Shown one piece after another: positions 41,141-50,520 of a DNA stretch of 64,000 nucleotides. Below the pieces are notes generated by a model, which saw only the letters and a program-made list of their open reading frames with translations, was not told where the DNA came from and made no database searches. The stretch's first letter is position 1; every line of letters begins with the position of its first letter. A program made the position numbers and the translations under genes. Source of the DNA: Danxiaibacter flavus (GTDB lineage: Bacteria; Bacteroidota; Bacteroidia; Chitinophagales; Chitinophagaceae); contig NZ_JAULBC010000004.1 of the NCBI RefSeq assembly GCF_041060425.1, positions 389,649 to 453,648 of the forward strand, given 5' to 3'.

Positions 41141-43834
41141 CTATTTCACAAAGGCTTTTACAATTTTAATTATTCCGGAAGATCCGTTTGTCAACTTGTA
41201 TGATCCTGCAGCAGCGGGTATAACAAAGGTTTCGGCATAACTGAATTCCTGTTTCTCACCACCTGCAGTTTCTACAATTACAGATGCTCCTTCTACAACC
41301 ATCAGCACATGCGCTTTATTTTCTGTTTGTACCTCAATAGAGCCATCAAACTCCATCCTGTGAACATCATAAAAATGTTCGGGATGCGTAGGTACATGAA
41401 CCAATGTATAGGCATCTTTCTTTTCAAGGATTTCAGGCTTTGAGATCAATTCTTTGCAAACCTTGTCACCGTTTCTTTCAAAGTTCAAATTATTAAATGC
41501 ATGTTCAATGTTGATTGGTCTCGGTTTGCCGTCAAGTCCCGGCCTTACCCAATCATACATTTTAAAAGTAAAGATGTACGGCGTGGCACTAATTTCCAGT
41601 ACCATATTGTTCGCGCCTGAGCTATGTATGGTACCGTTCGGGATAAGGAAAAGATCGTGTTTTTTTGCGGGAAATTTCTGAACGTACTGCTCTATTTCGA
41701 TTGCCTCGCCGCTGGCTACACTGTTATTAAGCGCTTCACGGAATTCTTCTTTATTAATATTTTCCTGAAAACCAAGATATACTTGCGCATCATCTTTACA
41801 GTCGAGGATATAATAAGTTTCATCCTGCGTTATGGTCTCGCCGAAATTTTCCTGTATGTACTTTAGGGAAGGATGGCATTGTATTGAAAGATTACCTCCG
41901 TCAAATGTGTCCAGAAAATCAAAGCGGATGGGGAACTCTGTTCCAAATCTTTCAGCATCTGCACCCAGGATAGATTTATTCTCCAGTAACATCAGCCAGT
42001 CAAAAGCAATCTCCAGTAACCATCCATCACTCTTGAAAACAAGGCCATTTTCCGGAACGATCAATTCAAATGACCATGCATAGTTGATCTCATCTTTATT
42101 GAGTCCTTTTATCTTTTCTTTCATCCACTGACCGCCCCATGCACCTGCTGCGAACCATGGCCTTGCACGCAACACATTTTTCGCCAGGTGATGAACGCCA
42201 TCCCTGATATCCTGCGCCAGTGACCAGTTAATCGTAGAAACCTGCTGACCATCAGCTATGATTGCAATTTTATCAAGTATTGATTGTTTGTGATTAAACA
42301 ATACCACCCAGTCAACAAAATAAAACCGTTTATACATCTCTTCATTTGTATCAGTAGTAGATGCACCAAGGTTGCGGATGCTTTTTGCCTGCATCCTGTA
42401 CTGGATCTCATCTTTGGGAAGATCGATGTATATCACAGGTGCGTTCCAGTTACTCAGCGCAGCACCTTCTCCTATCAGTATCACAATATCAAATTTATCA
42501 GAAACAGACAGGGATTGTAGTTTCTCAATATCATAATAATCAGCAAGCTGAATGGTTGCACGTTTGCCCCAAACGGTACCGGGCGTGCCAATAAAAGGCT
42601 GTACCAGCTGAGTTATTTTTTCCTCGCTTTGCCTGAATGCCGACATTTCATACCAGAGCACACGCTTACCAATTAACTGCAACTGACTGCTTAATGCATT
42701 GCGAATTGAGTTCCAGTCATTGCCACCAAAACCATCTATCAGCACTGTCTTATGGGTAGCAATCCATGTAGCCAATGTGTCATATCCCGATTTAATTTTG
42801 CCGGCTCCTAGGGTTGCAGCAGGGTAAATATCATAATCAGCGTGTCCTAATCCATTCGTATTATGTTTAACCGGTAACAGTGGCTGCGTGGTTTTTCTCA
42901 AGCTCATTATATCATTATTTTTTAAAGAGTTATTGCGCTTTACAACAAGTGCAGCGCCGGCAATAGCCTGTTGTTCAGTATTGTTTGATAAGGTGCAGGG
43001 AATGGAAATATTTAAACGATCTAAAACATGTTGAAAATGCGGCATAAAACTGCCCGCAGCCTGTGTGATATTGCCTCCGATCACCACGCAGTCTGCTTTA
43101 AAAGACTGGATCCATGGAGCGATGCATTCCGCAAGGGTTTCACCGAATTCTTTAAACACGGCTATTGCATGCGCATCTTTTTCTTCTACTTTTTGCTGAA
43201 TTTCCCGCGCATCTTTTGCATCATTGCCAGAGCGGCTGTTGTATTCTTTTACTAACCAGCGGGTGGAAATATAATCCTCTGCCATACCCTCTCTAAATGG
43301 CCAATTGTACAAATATCCGCCATCAGGCACACCCGAACCGTTATGTATTACCTTTCCGTCCGTCATGAAAGTGGAGCCGAAGCCGGTGCCAAGCGTTAAA
43401 GCAATTACATTGCTGTATGCAGAAGCGCTCCCACTCCATGCTTCGCCAAGCGCAAAGCAGGAGGCATCGTTTTCAAAACATACTGAGAGCTCTCCATTAA
43501 CACCAAATGCATCCACAAAACATTGTCTGACGTTAACACCATACAGGGAATGATATTTACAAACACCTTCAATCAGTGAAATGCCATTTGTGTAATCAAA
43601 GGGACCGGGCATAGCAAAGCCTATACCTCCCAATTTGACATTATCAACGGAAGCCTGTACCTTTTTCAATGCATCTATCCATTGCTTTAATATTACATGG
43701 GCCTGTGCCTGTGCATCTACGCGCGCTCTGACCATTGATTCTTTAATAAGAGAGCCGTTTTCTGCATCAACCAACGCGGCCGTAATGTGCGATCCGCCAA
43801 TATCCGCCGCCAAAAAACATTTTCTGTTCATCAT
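41141..43834 (-). CDS. tri-domain fusion: ROK-family sugar kinase, unknown middle domain, type-I phosphomannose isomerase (cupin)
   Basis: N-terminal LAADIGGSHITAAL plus ROK core. C-terminal region has GNLSIQCHPS and LEISATP, matching ManA motifs (LSIQVHP, GLTPK). 897 aa. Confidence 0.7.
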   Translation of the reverse strand: MMNRKCFLAADIGGSHITAALVDAENGSLIKESMVRARVDAQAQAHVILKQWIDALKKVQASVDNVKLGGIGFAMPGPFDYTNGISLIEGVCKYHSLYGVNVRQCFVDAFGVNGELSVCFENDASCFALGEAWSGSASAYSNVIALTLGTGFGSTFMTDGKVIHNGSGVPDGGYLYNWPFREGMAEDYISTRWLVKEYNSRSGNDAKDAREIQQKVEEKDAHAIAVFKEFGETLAECIAPWIQSFKADCVVIGGNITQAAGSFMPHFQHVLDRLNISIPCTLSNNTEQQAIAGAALVVKRNNSLKNNDIMSLRKTTQPLLPVKHNTNGLGHADYDIYPAATLGAGKIKSGYDTLATWIATHKTVLIDGFGGNDWNSIRNALSSQLQLIGKRVLWYEMSAFRQSEEKITQLVQPFIGTPGTVWGKRATIQLADYYDIEKLQSLSVSDKFDIVILIGEGAALSNWNAPVIYIDLPKDEIQYRMQAKSIRNLGASTTDTNEEMYKRFYFVDWVVLFNHKQSILDKIAIIADGQQVSTINWSLAQDIRDGVHHLAKNVLRARPWFAAGAWGGQWMKEKIKGLNKDEINYAWSFELIVPENGLVFKSDGWLLEIAFDWLMLLENKSILGADAERFGTEFPIRFDFLDTFDGGNLSIQCHPSLKYIQENFGETITQDETYYILDCKDDAQVYLGFQENINKEEFREALNNSVASGEAIEIEQYVQKFPAKKHDLFLIPNGTIHSSGANNMVLEISATPYIFTFKMYDWVRPGLDGKPRPINIEHAFNNLNFERNGDKVCKELISKPEILEKKDAYTLVHVPTHPEHFYDVHRMEFDGSIEVQTENKAHVLMVVEGASVIVETAGGEKQEFSYAETFVIPAAAGSYKLTNGSSGIIKIVKAFVK

Positions 43835-43853
43835 AATTTTCCGGATAAATATT

Positions 43854-45041
43854 CTATTGGGATGATTTCAATTCAAGTTCTGGCTGTGTTTCTTCCTTCA
43901 TACTAATTCCACAAACAAGCATATATAATATTCCTGCAATTAATACTGCGATGGCACCATTCTGTCCGCCAACTACATCTGCCACATAACCCGCAATAAA
44001 GGGCAACAATGCACCACCTGCCACACCCATGATCAGCAATCCGGAAACCTCGTTCGTTTTTTCCGGTTCCCTTTGCAATGCCTGGGCAAAGATGATGGAA
44101 AAGACATTGGCGATGCAAAGACCAATAGTAAAAATCAATACATGCAACACCTGGATTTGTGAAACAAACATCAATGCCAGTGTACATATAATTGCGAGCA
44201 CCATAGTAATGATCATAAATCTCCTGCCTGATATCCTTGCAAGCAAAAAGCTGCCACACAAAGAGCCGACGGTACGGGCAGCAAAATAAGTACTCGTTGC
44301 GAGGCCTGCTTCTGCAAGTTCTACGCCACATCTTTCCATAAGAATTTTCGGCAAAGTGATGTTTAGCCCCACATCAACCCCAACCAGAAAAAGTATACCA
44401 AGGAATAACATGAGAATTTGTTTGTTGGCCAGCAATCTAAAACAACTGTTGAATGTAGTTGTTGCAACGGGCGCCGATTCTCTTTTAACAGAAGTAGCAA
44501 ACAGCCAGATTGCGGACAACAATGTCACTGACCCAAATAATGGAAAGATCAGCTTCCAGTTACCCCATTTACTTACTGCAAAAGCGGTGATAATCGGACC
44601 CAGAAAAGATGCTATCGCTTTGATAAACTGACCAAGCGTTAACGAGCTTGCCAGACGGCTGCCGTCCACCATACCTGCCAACAATGGATTCAATGACACC
44701 TGCAGTACGGTATTACCAATACCCAGCAGGCAAAATGCAAACAGAATGACCGGGAAAGAATAGCTTAAAAGGGGAAGAATGAGTGATACTGCACTGATAA
44801 CAAAGCTTAACAAGACAGTGTTCTTTCTACCGATCTTGTTCATTAGCATGCTGGTAGGAATGGAAAAAACAGCAAACCAAAGAAACACCATGAACGGCAG
44901 GGTGTTGGTAACGGTATCGGAAAGCGAAAAGTCCCGTTTTATATAATTTGCGGAAATGCCAACCACATCCGCAAACCCCATTATGAAAAATCCAAAGAAA
45001 ACAGGCAGCAATTGTATCAAAAATGGCAAGCGCTTTGACAT
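43854..45041 (-). CDS. MFS sugar permease (FucP/GluP glucose-galactose-mannose type)
   Basis: 395 aa, 12 TM helices. N-terminal motif GFADVVG is typical of FucP-type permeases. Confidence 0.8.
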   Translation of the reverse strand: MSKRLPFLIQLLPVFFGFFIMGFADVVGISANYIKRDFSLSDTVTNTLPFMVFLWFAVFSIPTSMLMNKIGRKNTVLLSFVISAVSLILPLLSYSFPVILFAFCLLGIGNTVLQVSLNPLLAGMVDGSRLASSLTLGQFIKAIASFLGPIITAFAVSKWGNWKLIFPLFGSVTLLSAIWLFATSVKRESAPVATTTFNSCFRLLANKQILMLFLGILFLVGVDVGLNITLPKILMERCGVELAEAGLATSTYFAARTVGSLCGSFLLARISGRRFMIITMVLAIICTLALMFVSQIQVLHVLIFTIGLCIANVFSIIFAQALQREPEKTNEVSGLLIMGVAGGALLPFIAGYVADVVGGQNGAIAVLIAGILYMLVCGISMKEETQPELELKSSQ

Positions 45042-45085
45042 ATTTTAAGTATCTTTTGGAAATGAAAGGTACGTATTAGTTTAAT

Positions 45086-45105
45086 ATGTTCATACATATG
45101 AACAT
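45086..45105. promoter_or_regulatory. 20-bp palindrome ATGTTCATACATATGAACAT upstream of the MFS-ROK/PMI-glycosidase-GH92 operon
   Basis: Perfect 7-bp arms (ATGTTCA/TGAACAT) spaced by 6 nt, 45 bp upstream of the MFS start. Candidate operator for the adjacent GntR regulator. Confidence 0.5.
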
Positions 45106-45124
45106 AGTTTTTATTGACAACTGA

Positions 45125-45260
45125 TAAGAATCATGTTTTTGGGAACCACGGAGACGTTGAACCACGGAGACAGGGCGGCACGGAGAAACACATCGTTTTT
45201 TGCCACGAAGAAGCAAAGACAGGAAGAAGCACAAAGATTGAACCACGAAGACACGATGGG
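45125..45260. repeat. word-repeat array (GAACCACGGAGAC / CACGAAGA variants)
   Basis: gaaccacggagacgttgaaccacggagacagggcggcacggagaaacac...gaaccacgaagacac. A related array sits at 3840-3960. Confidence 0.6.
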
Positions 45261-45405
45261 CGCAAAGGAGCACAATGAAAAAAAGCAATATTGTTTAACG
45301 TTGATGCTGAATTTGCTAAACACGAAAAATACAAATCAGTGCTTCAGTGCCTCAATGGCAAACGCTTCGCTTCGATAAACGTATAACGTATAACTTACAA
45401 CTCAA

Positions 45406-46161
45406 CTACTTCTTAATATCTATCGAGTAGGTAAATCTTTCAGAATGATAATAGCCCAGATTGTATTCGATGGGGCGATCGCCGAGGTCGTAGACAAATC
45501 TTTCCCTGAAAAGGATTGGCGCCTGGGATTCTACCTGCAGTCTTTTGGCGATCTTGCCGGCGGCACGGGCACTGATGTTTTCGCTGGAGCGTTCAGCAAC
45601 GATGCCGAATTTCTCTTCCAGTAAAGTGTACAGCGGTTTATTCAGGTCGTCTTTTTTGTCGATAACAATTCGTGGATGAAAGTAGCTTTCAAAATAAACG
45701 ATCGGCTTGTCTCCTACACCTTTAAGCTTGGACAGCTTGATAACAGGTGTTCCCGGTTTTATATTAAAGAAAGTAGCCATTTTTTCATTGGCTTTCACGG
45801 TTTCCAATTTCAGCAGCAGGTTGGAAACGTCGATGCCACGGCTTTGCATCTCCTTGGTGAAACTATACCAGTTGTTAAGTCCCGTAGATAATTTTTCCTG
45901 CGGGGCTACCTTGGTACCCACGCCTTTTTTACGGGTAAGCAGGCCTTCATATTCCAGCTTGTTGGTTGCCTGGCGAATGGTATTGCGGGACACACCAAGG
46001 CGGTTGGCCAATTCAACTTCCTTTGGTAAAAAAGCACCGTTTTGGTATTCTTTTAGTGCAATAAGCTTTCTTAATAACTCCTCAACCTGAATGTGTAAAG
46101 GCAGTTTGCTTTTATGACTTATTTTAAGATCCACTTGGTATAATTTAATCGGAATGTTCAA
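45406..46161 (-). CDS. GntR/HutC-family transcriptional regulator (HTH plus UTRA effector domain)
   Basis: EVELANRLGVSRNTIRQA HTH. C-terminal UTRA-like domain. Likely a TTG start. Confidence 0.8.
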   Translation of the reverse strand: MNIPIKLYQVDLKISHKSKLPLHIQVEELLRKLIALKEYQNGAFLPKEVELANRLGVSRNTIRQATNKLEYEGLLTRKKGVGTKVAPQEKLSTGLNNWYSFTKEMQSRGIDVSNLLLKLETVKANEKMATFFNIKPGTPVIKLSKLKGVGDKPIVYFESYFHPRIVIDKKDDLNKPLYTLLEEKFGIVAERSSENISARAAGKIAKRLQVESQAPILFRERFVYDLGDRPIEYNLGYYHSERFTYSIDIKK

Positions 46162-46354
46162 ACATACATAATAATTGCGATGTAGAGAACATAATCCTGC
46201 AGAGATAATTGATAGTTGAAAGTTGAAAATTGAAAAGGTGGAATAGCTTTCGCTTACCTTTTTAAAGCAAGGTTCGTTAAGCGGTTCCTTTTCACAATTT
46301 ATCTAAATTCTTTGTGTGACGCAAACTAAAAAAGCAGCTGTTACGCTGCTTTTG

Positions 46355-47074
46355 TTAACTTACTAATGTTCCCACTTTTTCTCCTTTTACTACTTTCATC
46401 AGGTTGCCGGGCTTGTTCATGTCGAACACAATAATTGGCAACTTGTTTTCCATGCAAAGTGTAAAGGCCGTCATGTCCATTACTTTAAGGCCTTTCAATA
46501 TGCACTCCTGGAAAGTAATGTTTTCATATTTGGTAGCGGTAGGATCTTTTTCGGGATCTGCCGTGTAAATGCCATCGACCCTAGTTCCTTTCAGTATCAC
46601 ATCAGCTTGAATTTCAATCGCGCGTAAAGAGCCAGCAGTATCGGTGGTAAAATAAGGATTACCTGTGCCGGCCCCGAAAATCACCACGCGGCCTTTCTCA
46701 AGGTGGCGCATTGCTCTTCTGCGGATATAGGGCTCAGCTATCTGCTCCATTTTAATGGCGCTCTGCAACCGGGTGTACACGCCGATCTTTTCCAGCATTG
46801 CCTGCATGGCCATACCATTGATCATTGTCGCCAGCATGCCCATATAATCCCCATGAGCTCTTTCTATGCCACTTTCTTTTTCATTCAAACCGCGATAGAT
46901 GTTTCCGCCGCCGATAACTATTGCAACCTGCGCTCCCGTATTCACAATTTCTTTAATATCATTTGCATACTGTTCAATGATCGCCGCGTTAAAAGGATCA
47001 AATCCGTGGGACTGGTTACCCATCAATGCCTCTCCGGAAAGTTTTAAAAGAATACGCTTGTATTTAGGCTGCAT
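46355..47074 (-). CDS. pyrH: UMP kinase
   Basis: [12 protein letters not shown]...GGGN..RG: UMP kinase signature. Confidence 0.9.
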   Translation of the reverse strand: MQPKYKRILLKLSGEALMGNQSHGFDPFNAAIIEQYANDIKEIVNTGAQVAIVIGGGNIYRGLNEKESGIERAHGDYMGMLATMINGMAMQAMLEKIGVYTRLQSAIKMEQIAEPYIRRRAMRHLEKGRVVIFGAGTGNPYFTTDTAGSLRAIEIQADVILKGTRVDGIYTADPEKDPTATKYENITFQECILKGLKVMDMTAFTLCMENKLPIIVFDMNKPGNLMKVVKGEKVGTLVS

Positions 47075-47139
47075 ATGGTTGTAGATTACAGTTTACTTAA
47101 ATAAGTGGTTGCAAAGAACCTGAATTTTATTGAGAATGG

Positions 47140-47500
47140 GAAATTTTAGCAGCTATCAGCTTTCAGCTTTCAGCTATCAGCCCTGCTGTCACTCAATTGA
47201 AACACTTTCTCTTATTATGTTCAGATAAAATATGCTGCACCGGAACCAGCCGATCAGAACACATTCTTTGGATTTAGCTGTTAGCTTTCAGCTTTTTACC
47301 AGCACACAATGGAATTAGTTGCCGTAATTGCGATTGAAAAAGACTGTTCCAATATCATGAGAGTACACTAAAGCTGTTCACAAGCTCGCGGAATAACTAC
47401 TACACGCGAATTATCCTGTAGACTGATAACTCTATTATACGGGAGTAACTCCCAAGTATCGTGGCCAGGCTCACAGCTGATAGCTGATAGCTCACAGCTA
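47140..47500. repeat. CAGCT(A/G)TCAGC word-repeat arrays
   Basis: agctatcagctttcagctttcagctatcagcc (about 47150-47190) and cagctgatagctgatagctcacagc (about 47475-47500). The same family occurs at 58560-58620, 60830-60870 and 63538-63575. Confidence 0.6.
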
Positions 47501-47502
47501 CA

Positions 47503-47529
47503 AAAAAACCCGGCACTTTCGCACCGGGC
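47503..47529 (-). terminator. rho-independent terminator after tsf
   Basis: cccggcactttcgcaccggg preceded by A7 on the plus strand. Confidence 0.7.
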
Positions 47530-47615
47530 TCGTATCTTAAACGTGTACGTCTCCTAACTACTAATCTTCGCTACAATAAACGTACAACGTATAACTTAAA
47601 ACGTACAACTTAAAA

Positions 47616-48455
47616 CTAGCCTAAAGCTACGCGTTTGAATTCGATCACTTTCAGATCGCTGTCAACGCTCTTCAGGTAGTCAGCAACGCTCTTGCTTCCG
47701 TCTTTAACGAAAGGCTGAGCCAATAAAGTCTGTTCTTTGAAGAAGGCGTTCAGTTTACCTTCAGCGATCTTAGCGATCATTTCGTCAGGTTTACCAGCCA
47801 TTTTAGGATCAGCTTTCATAGTTTCTACTACGATAGCTCTTTCTCTTTCTACTGTTTCAGCAGGAACGCTGTCAGCATCTACCGCAACAGGGTTCATAGC
47901 AGCAATCTGCATAGCTACGTCTTTACCTGCTTCAGCAGCTTCTTTGGTAAGAGCAACCAATACACCCATTCTGTTAGCGCCATGGATATAAGAAGCAACA
48001 TAAGGTGCATCCACTCTTTCAAATCTGGCAACACCGATTTTTTCACCGATAGAAGCTAATTTATCATTGATAAGATCTGCAACTTTAGCACCGTTGATAG
48101 AAACTTCATTCAGTTCTTCAGCAGTTTTTACGTTGTTTTCAACAGCAGCATCAGCAATGCTCTGAGCGAAAGCAACGAAATCAGCATTCTTACTTACGAA
48201 GTCAGTCTCACAGCTGATCAACACTACGAAACCGGTTTTGTTATCTGCAGTTGTTTTAGCAATAACAACACCTTCTTTAGCTTCACGGTCGCTACGTTTA
48301 GCAGCAACTTTTTGTCCTTGTTTACGCAACCAGTCAATAGCAGCTTCAAAATCACCGTTTGTTTCAGTTAAAGCTTTACGGCAATCCATCATACCGGCGC
48401 CTGTTGCCTGGCGCAACTTGTTAATATCAGCGGCTGTAATTGTTACAGTTGACAT
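47616..48455 (-). CDS. tsf: elongation factor Ts
   Basis: MSTVTITAADINKLRQATGAGMMDCRKAL: EF-Ts N-terminal UBA-like motif. Confidence 0.9.
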   Translation of the reverse strand: MSTVTITAADINKLRQATGAGMMDCRKALTETNGDFEAAIDWLRKQGQKVAAKRSDREAKEGVVIAKTTADNKTGFVVLISCETDFVSKNADFVAFAQSIADAAVENNVKTAEELNEVSINGAKVADLINDKLASIGEKIGVARFERVDAPYVASYIHGANRMGVLVALTKEAAEAGKDVAMQIAAMNPVAVDADSVPAETVERERAIVVETMKADPKMAGKPDEMIAKIAEGKLNAFFKEQTLLAQPFVKDGSKSVADYLKSVDSDLKVIEFKRVALG

Positions 48456-48609
48456 ATTATATAATTTGAATGTTGAATGAATAAATGTCGGTGAAATATT
48501 GAAGTATTTGTTGACTTCATGTTTATTTAACCGATAGGCAGATTATATATAAAAGTTGGGTCAATAATCACTGAAGGATTAATGACCCAATTATCATTTA
48601 TACAAGTGA

Positions 48610-49524
48610 TTATCTTCTTGGACCACCACCCTGACCGCCACCACCAGTTCTGCGGCTAGCGCCACCTGGTACACGACGTTTAGGTTGTCCTGCACCAGCT
48701 CCGCCGGGTGCGTTGTTGCCGCCACGGGAGCGACCACCACGTCCACCTTCAGCTTCTGCCTCAGCAAGTAAACGAGCAGCTTTCTTTTCAGCTTCGTTGT
48801 CAACTTCTTCTACGTCATCTTCTTTAGCAGCCTGGCGTTCAGCCAAACCTTCAGCTATAGCAGCAGTGATGTAGTTGGTAACGATAGCGATAGATTTAGT
48901 AGCATCGTCGTTTGAAGGAATAGCGAAATCAACTTTGTTAGGATCACAGTTGGTATCAACCATACCAAAAGTAGTGATGCCTAAACGTTTAGCTTCAGCC
49001 AAAGCGATGTGCTCGTGCCCGATGTCAATCAGGAACAATGCTGCTGGTAAACGGCCAAGCTGAGCGATACCGCCCAATACTTTTTCCATTTTTTCTCTGT
49101 CGCGGCTCAGCATCAAACGCTCTTTCTTTGTGATGTTCTCAGCGCTACCGTCAGCAAGCATTTTTTCGATGCTCTGCATTTTCTTAACGCTTTTACGAAC
49201 AGTGTTGAAGTTAGTTAACATACCACCCAACCAACGTTCAGTGGCGAAAGGCATATTTACTTTTTTAGCGCACTCGCTAACGATTTCTTTTGCTTGTTTT
49301 TTAGTGGCAACAAACATGATCTTTTTGCCACTTTTAGCTATCTGTTTCAAAGCAGCAGCAGCTTCCTGCAGGCCATCAACAGTTTTATTTAAATCTATGA
49401 TGTGAATACCTTTCTTTTCAGCAAAGATGTAAGGTAACATCTTAGGATTCCACTTCTTACGCAAGTGACCAAAATGCACACCTGCTTCGAGCAATTGTTG
49501 TTGTAATGAAGTGTTATTTTCCAT
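48610..49524 (-). CDS. rpsB: 30S ribosomal protein S2 with Gly/Arg-rich C-terminal tail
   Basis: Start at MENNTSLQQQLLEAGVHFGH. C-terminal tail of about 60 aa rich in G/R/P. Upstream extension in the ORF track rejected. Confidence 0.9.
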   Translation of the reverse strand: MENNTSLQQQLLEAGVHFGHLRKKWNPKMLPYIFAEKKGIHIIDLNKTVDGLQEAAAALKQIAKSGKKIMFVATKKQAKEIVSECAKKVNMPFATERWLGGMLTNFNTVRKSVKKMQSIEKMLADGSAENITKKERLMLSRDREKMEKVLGGIAQLGRLPAALFLIDIGHEHIALAEAKRLGITTFGMVDTNCDPNKVDFAIPSNDDATKSIAIVTNYITAAIAEGLAERQAAKEDDVEEVDNEAEKKAARLLAEAEAEGGRGGRSRGGNNAPGGAGAGQPKRRVPGGASRRTGGGGQGGGPRR

Positions 49525-49540
49525 TGTTATAGTTTGAATA

Positions 49541-49655
49541 ATTTGAAATTTGAGATTTGAGATTTGAAATTCGAGATTGATTGATTTAGCAACTTGATCT
49601 CTCTTATCAGATTTAAAATTGAACATTTCAAATTTTCAATCTCAAATCTCAAATA
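49541..49655. promoter_or_regulatory. long imperfect inverted repeat (TTGAAAT/TTGAGAT words) in the rpsI-rpsB spacer
   Basis: Left arm atttgaaatttgagatttgagatttgaaatt (49541-49572), right arm attgaacatttcaaattttcaatctcaaatctcaaat (49618-49655). Candidate rpsI terminator or rpsB leader structure. Confidence 0.45.
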
Positions 49656-49662
49656 AATAATA

Positions 49663-50052
49663 TTAACGTTTACTGAACTGGTAGCTTCTACGAGCTTTCT
49701 TGTGACCGAATTTCTTACGTTCAACACCACGAGGGTCACGAGTTAAGCAACCAGCAGCTTTTAACGTAGGACGGTATTCAGGATTAATTTCAAGCAAAGC
49801 ACGGGAGATACCCAGTTTAGCTGCTTCTGCCTGACCTTTTAAACCACCACCTGTTGCATTGATCTTAACATCAAATTTGTCAGCAGATTCGATAGCTTTC
49901 AAAGGAACTTCCACCTGGTTCTGTAAGTAAACCAGCGGAAAATATTCTGTATAGTTTTTGCCGTTAACAGTAATGTTACCTTCACCCTTGCTGATGAAAA
50001 CGCGGGTTACGGCTTCTTTACGACGACCAACTGCATTTTTTTGCTTTTCCAT
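49663..50052 (-). CDS. rpsI: 30S ribosomal protein S9
   Basis: C-terminal ...RKKFGHKKARRSYQFSKR. Confidence 0.9.
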   Translation of the reverse strand: MEKQKNAVGRRKEAVTRVFISKGEGNITVNGKNYTEYFPLVYLQNQVEVPLKAIESADKFDVKINATGGGLKGQAEAAKLGISRALLEINPEYRPTLKAAGCLTRDPRGVERKKFGHKKARRSYQFSKR

Positions 50053-50076
50053 TTATGATAATTAGGAATGAGTTAA

Positions 50077-50520
50077 TTAGAATTTTAATTCTTTAGGTTG
50101 CTGTGCGAAGTGAGGATGCTGAGCACCTGCATACACAAATAATTTTTTGATCATTTTGCGGCCCAGACGGTTTTTAGGTAACATACCTTTTACTGCTCTT
50201 TCCATCACAACTTCAGGGCGACGCTTCAACAGATCTTTTGCAACCTCTTCTTTTTTACCACCTGGGTAACCAGAGAAGTTAATATAAGTTTTGTCATCCA
50301 GTTTGCTGCCTGTGAAAGTAACTTTGTCAGCATTAATTACAATTACGAAATCGCCACAATCAACATGAGGTGTGTAATAAGCCTTATTCTTACCACGTAA
50401 AATAGCGGCAATTTTAGAGCTTATGCGACCTACGGTTTGATTGGTACCGTCTACAACGTACCAGGTACGCTGTACTGTAGCCTCGTTCGCATGTTTGGTA
50501 GTGAAATGAAGATTACTCAT
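50077..50520 (-). CDS. rplM: 50S ribosomal protein L13
   Basis: 147 aa, L13 family sequence. Confidence 0.9.
   Translation of the reverse strand: MSNLHFTTKHANEATVQRTWYVVDGTNQTVGRISSKIAAILRGKNKAYYTPHVDCGDFVIVINADKVTFTGSKLDDKTYINFSGYPGGKKEEVAKDLLKRRPEVVMERAVKGMLPKNRLGRKMIKKLFVYAGAQHPHFAQQPKELKF

Noticed and set aside
49525-49626. N-terminal extension of rpsB (MFNFKSDKRDQVAKSINLEFQISNLKFQII...)
   Set aside because: It derives from the TTGAAAT/TTGAGAT inverted-repeat spacer. Canonical S2 begins at MENNTSLQQQLLEAGVHFGH (49524).
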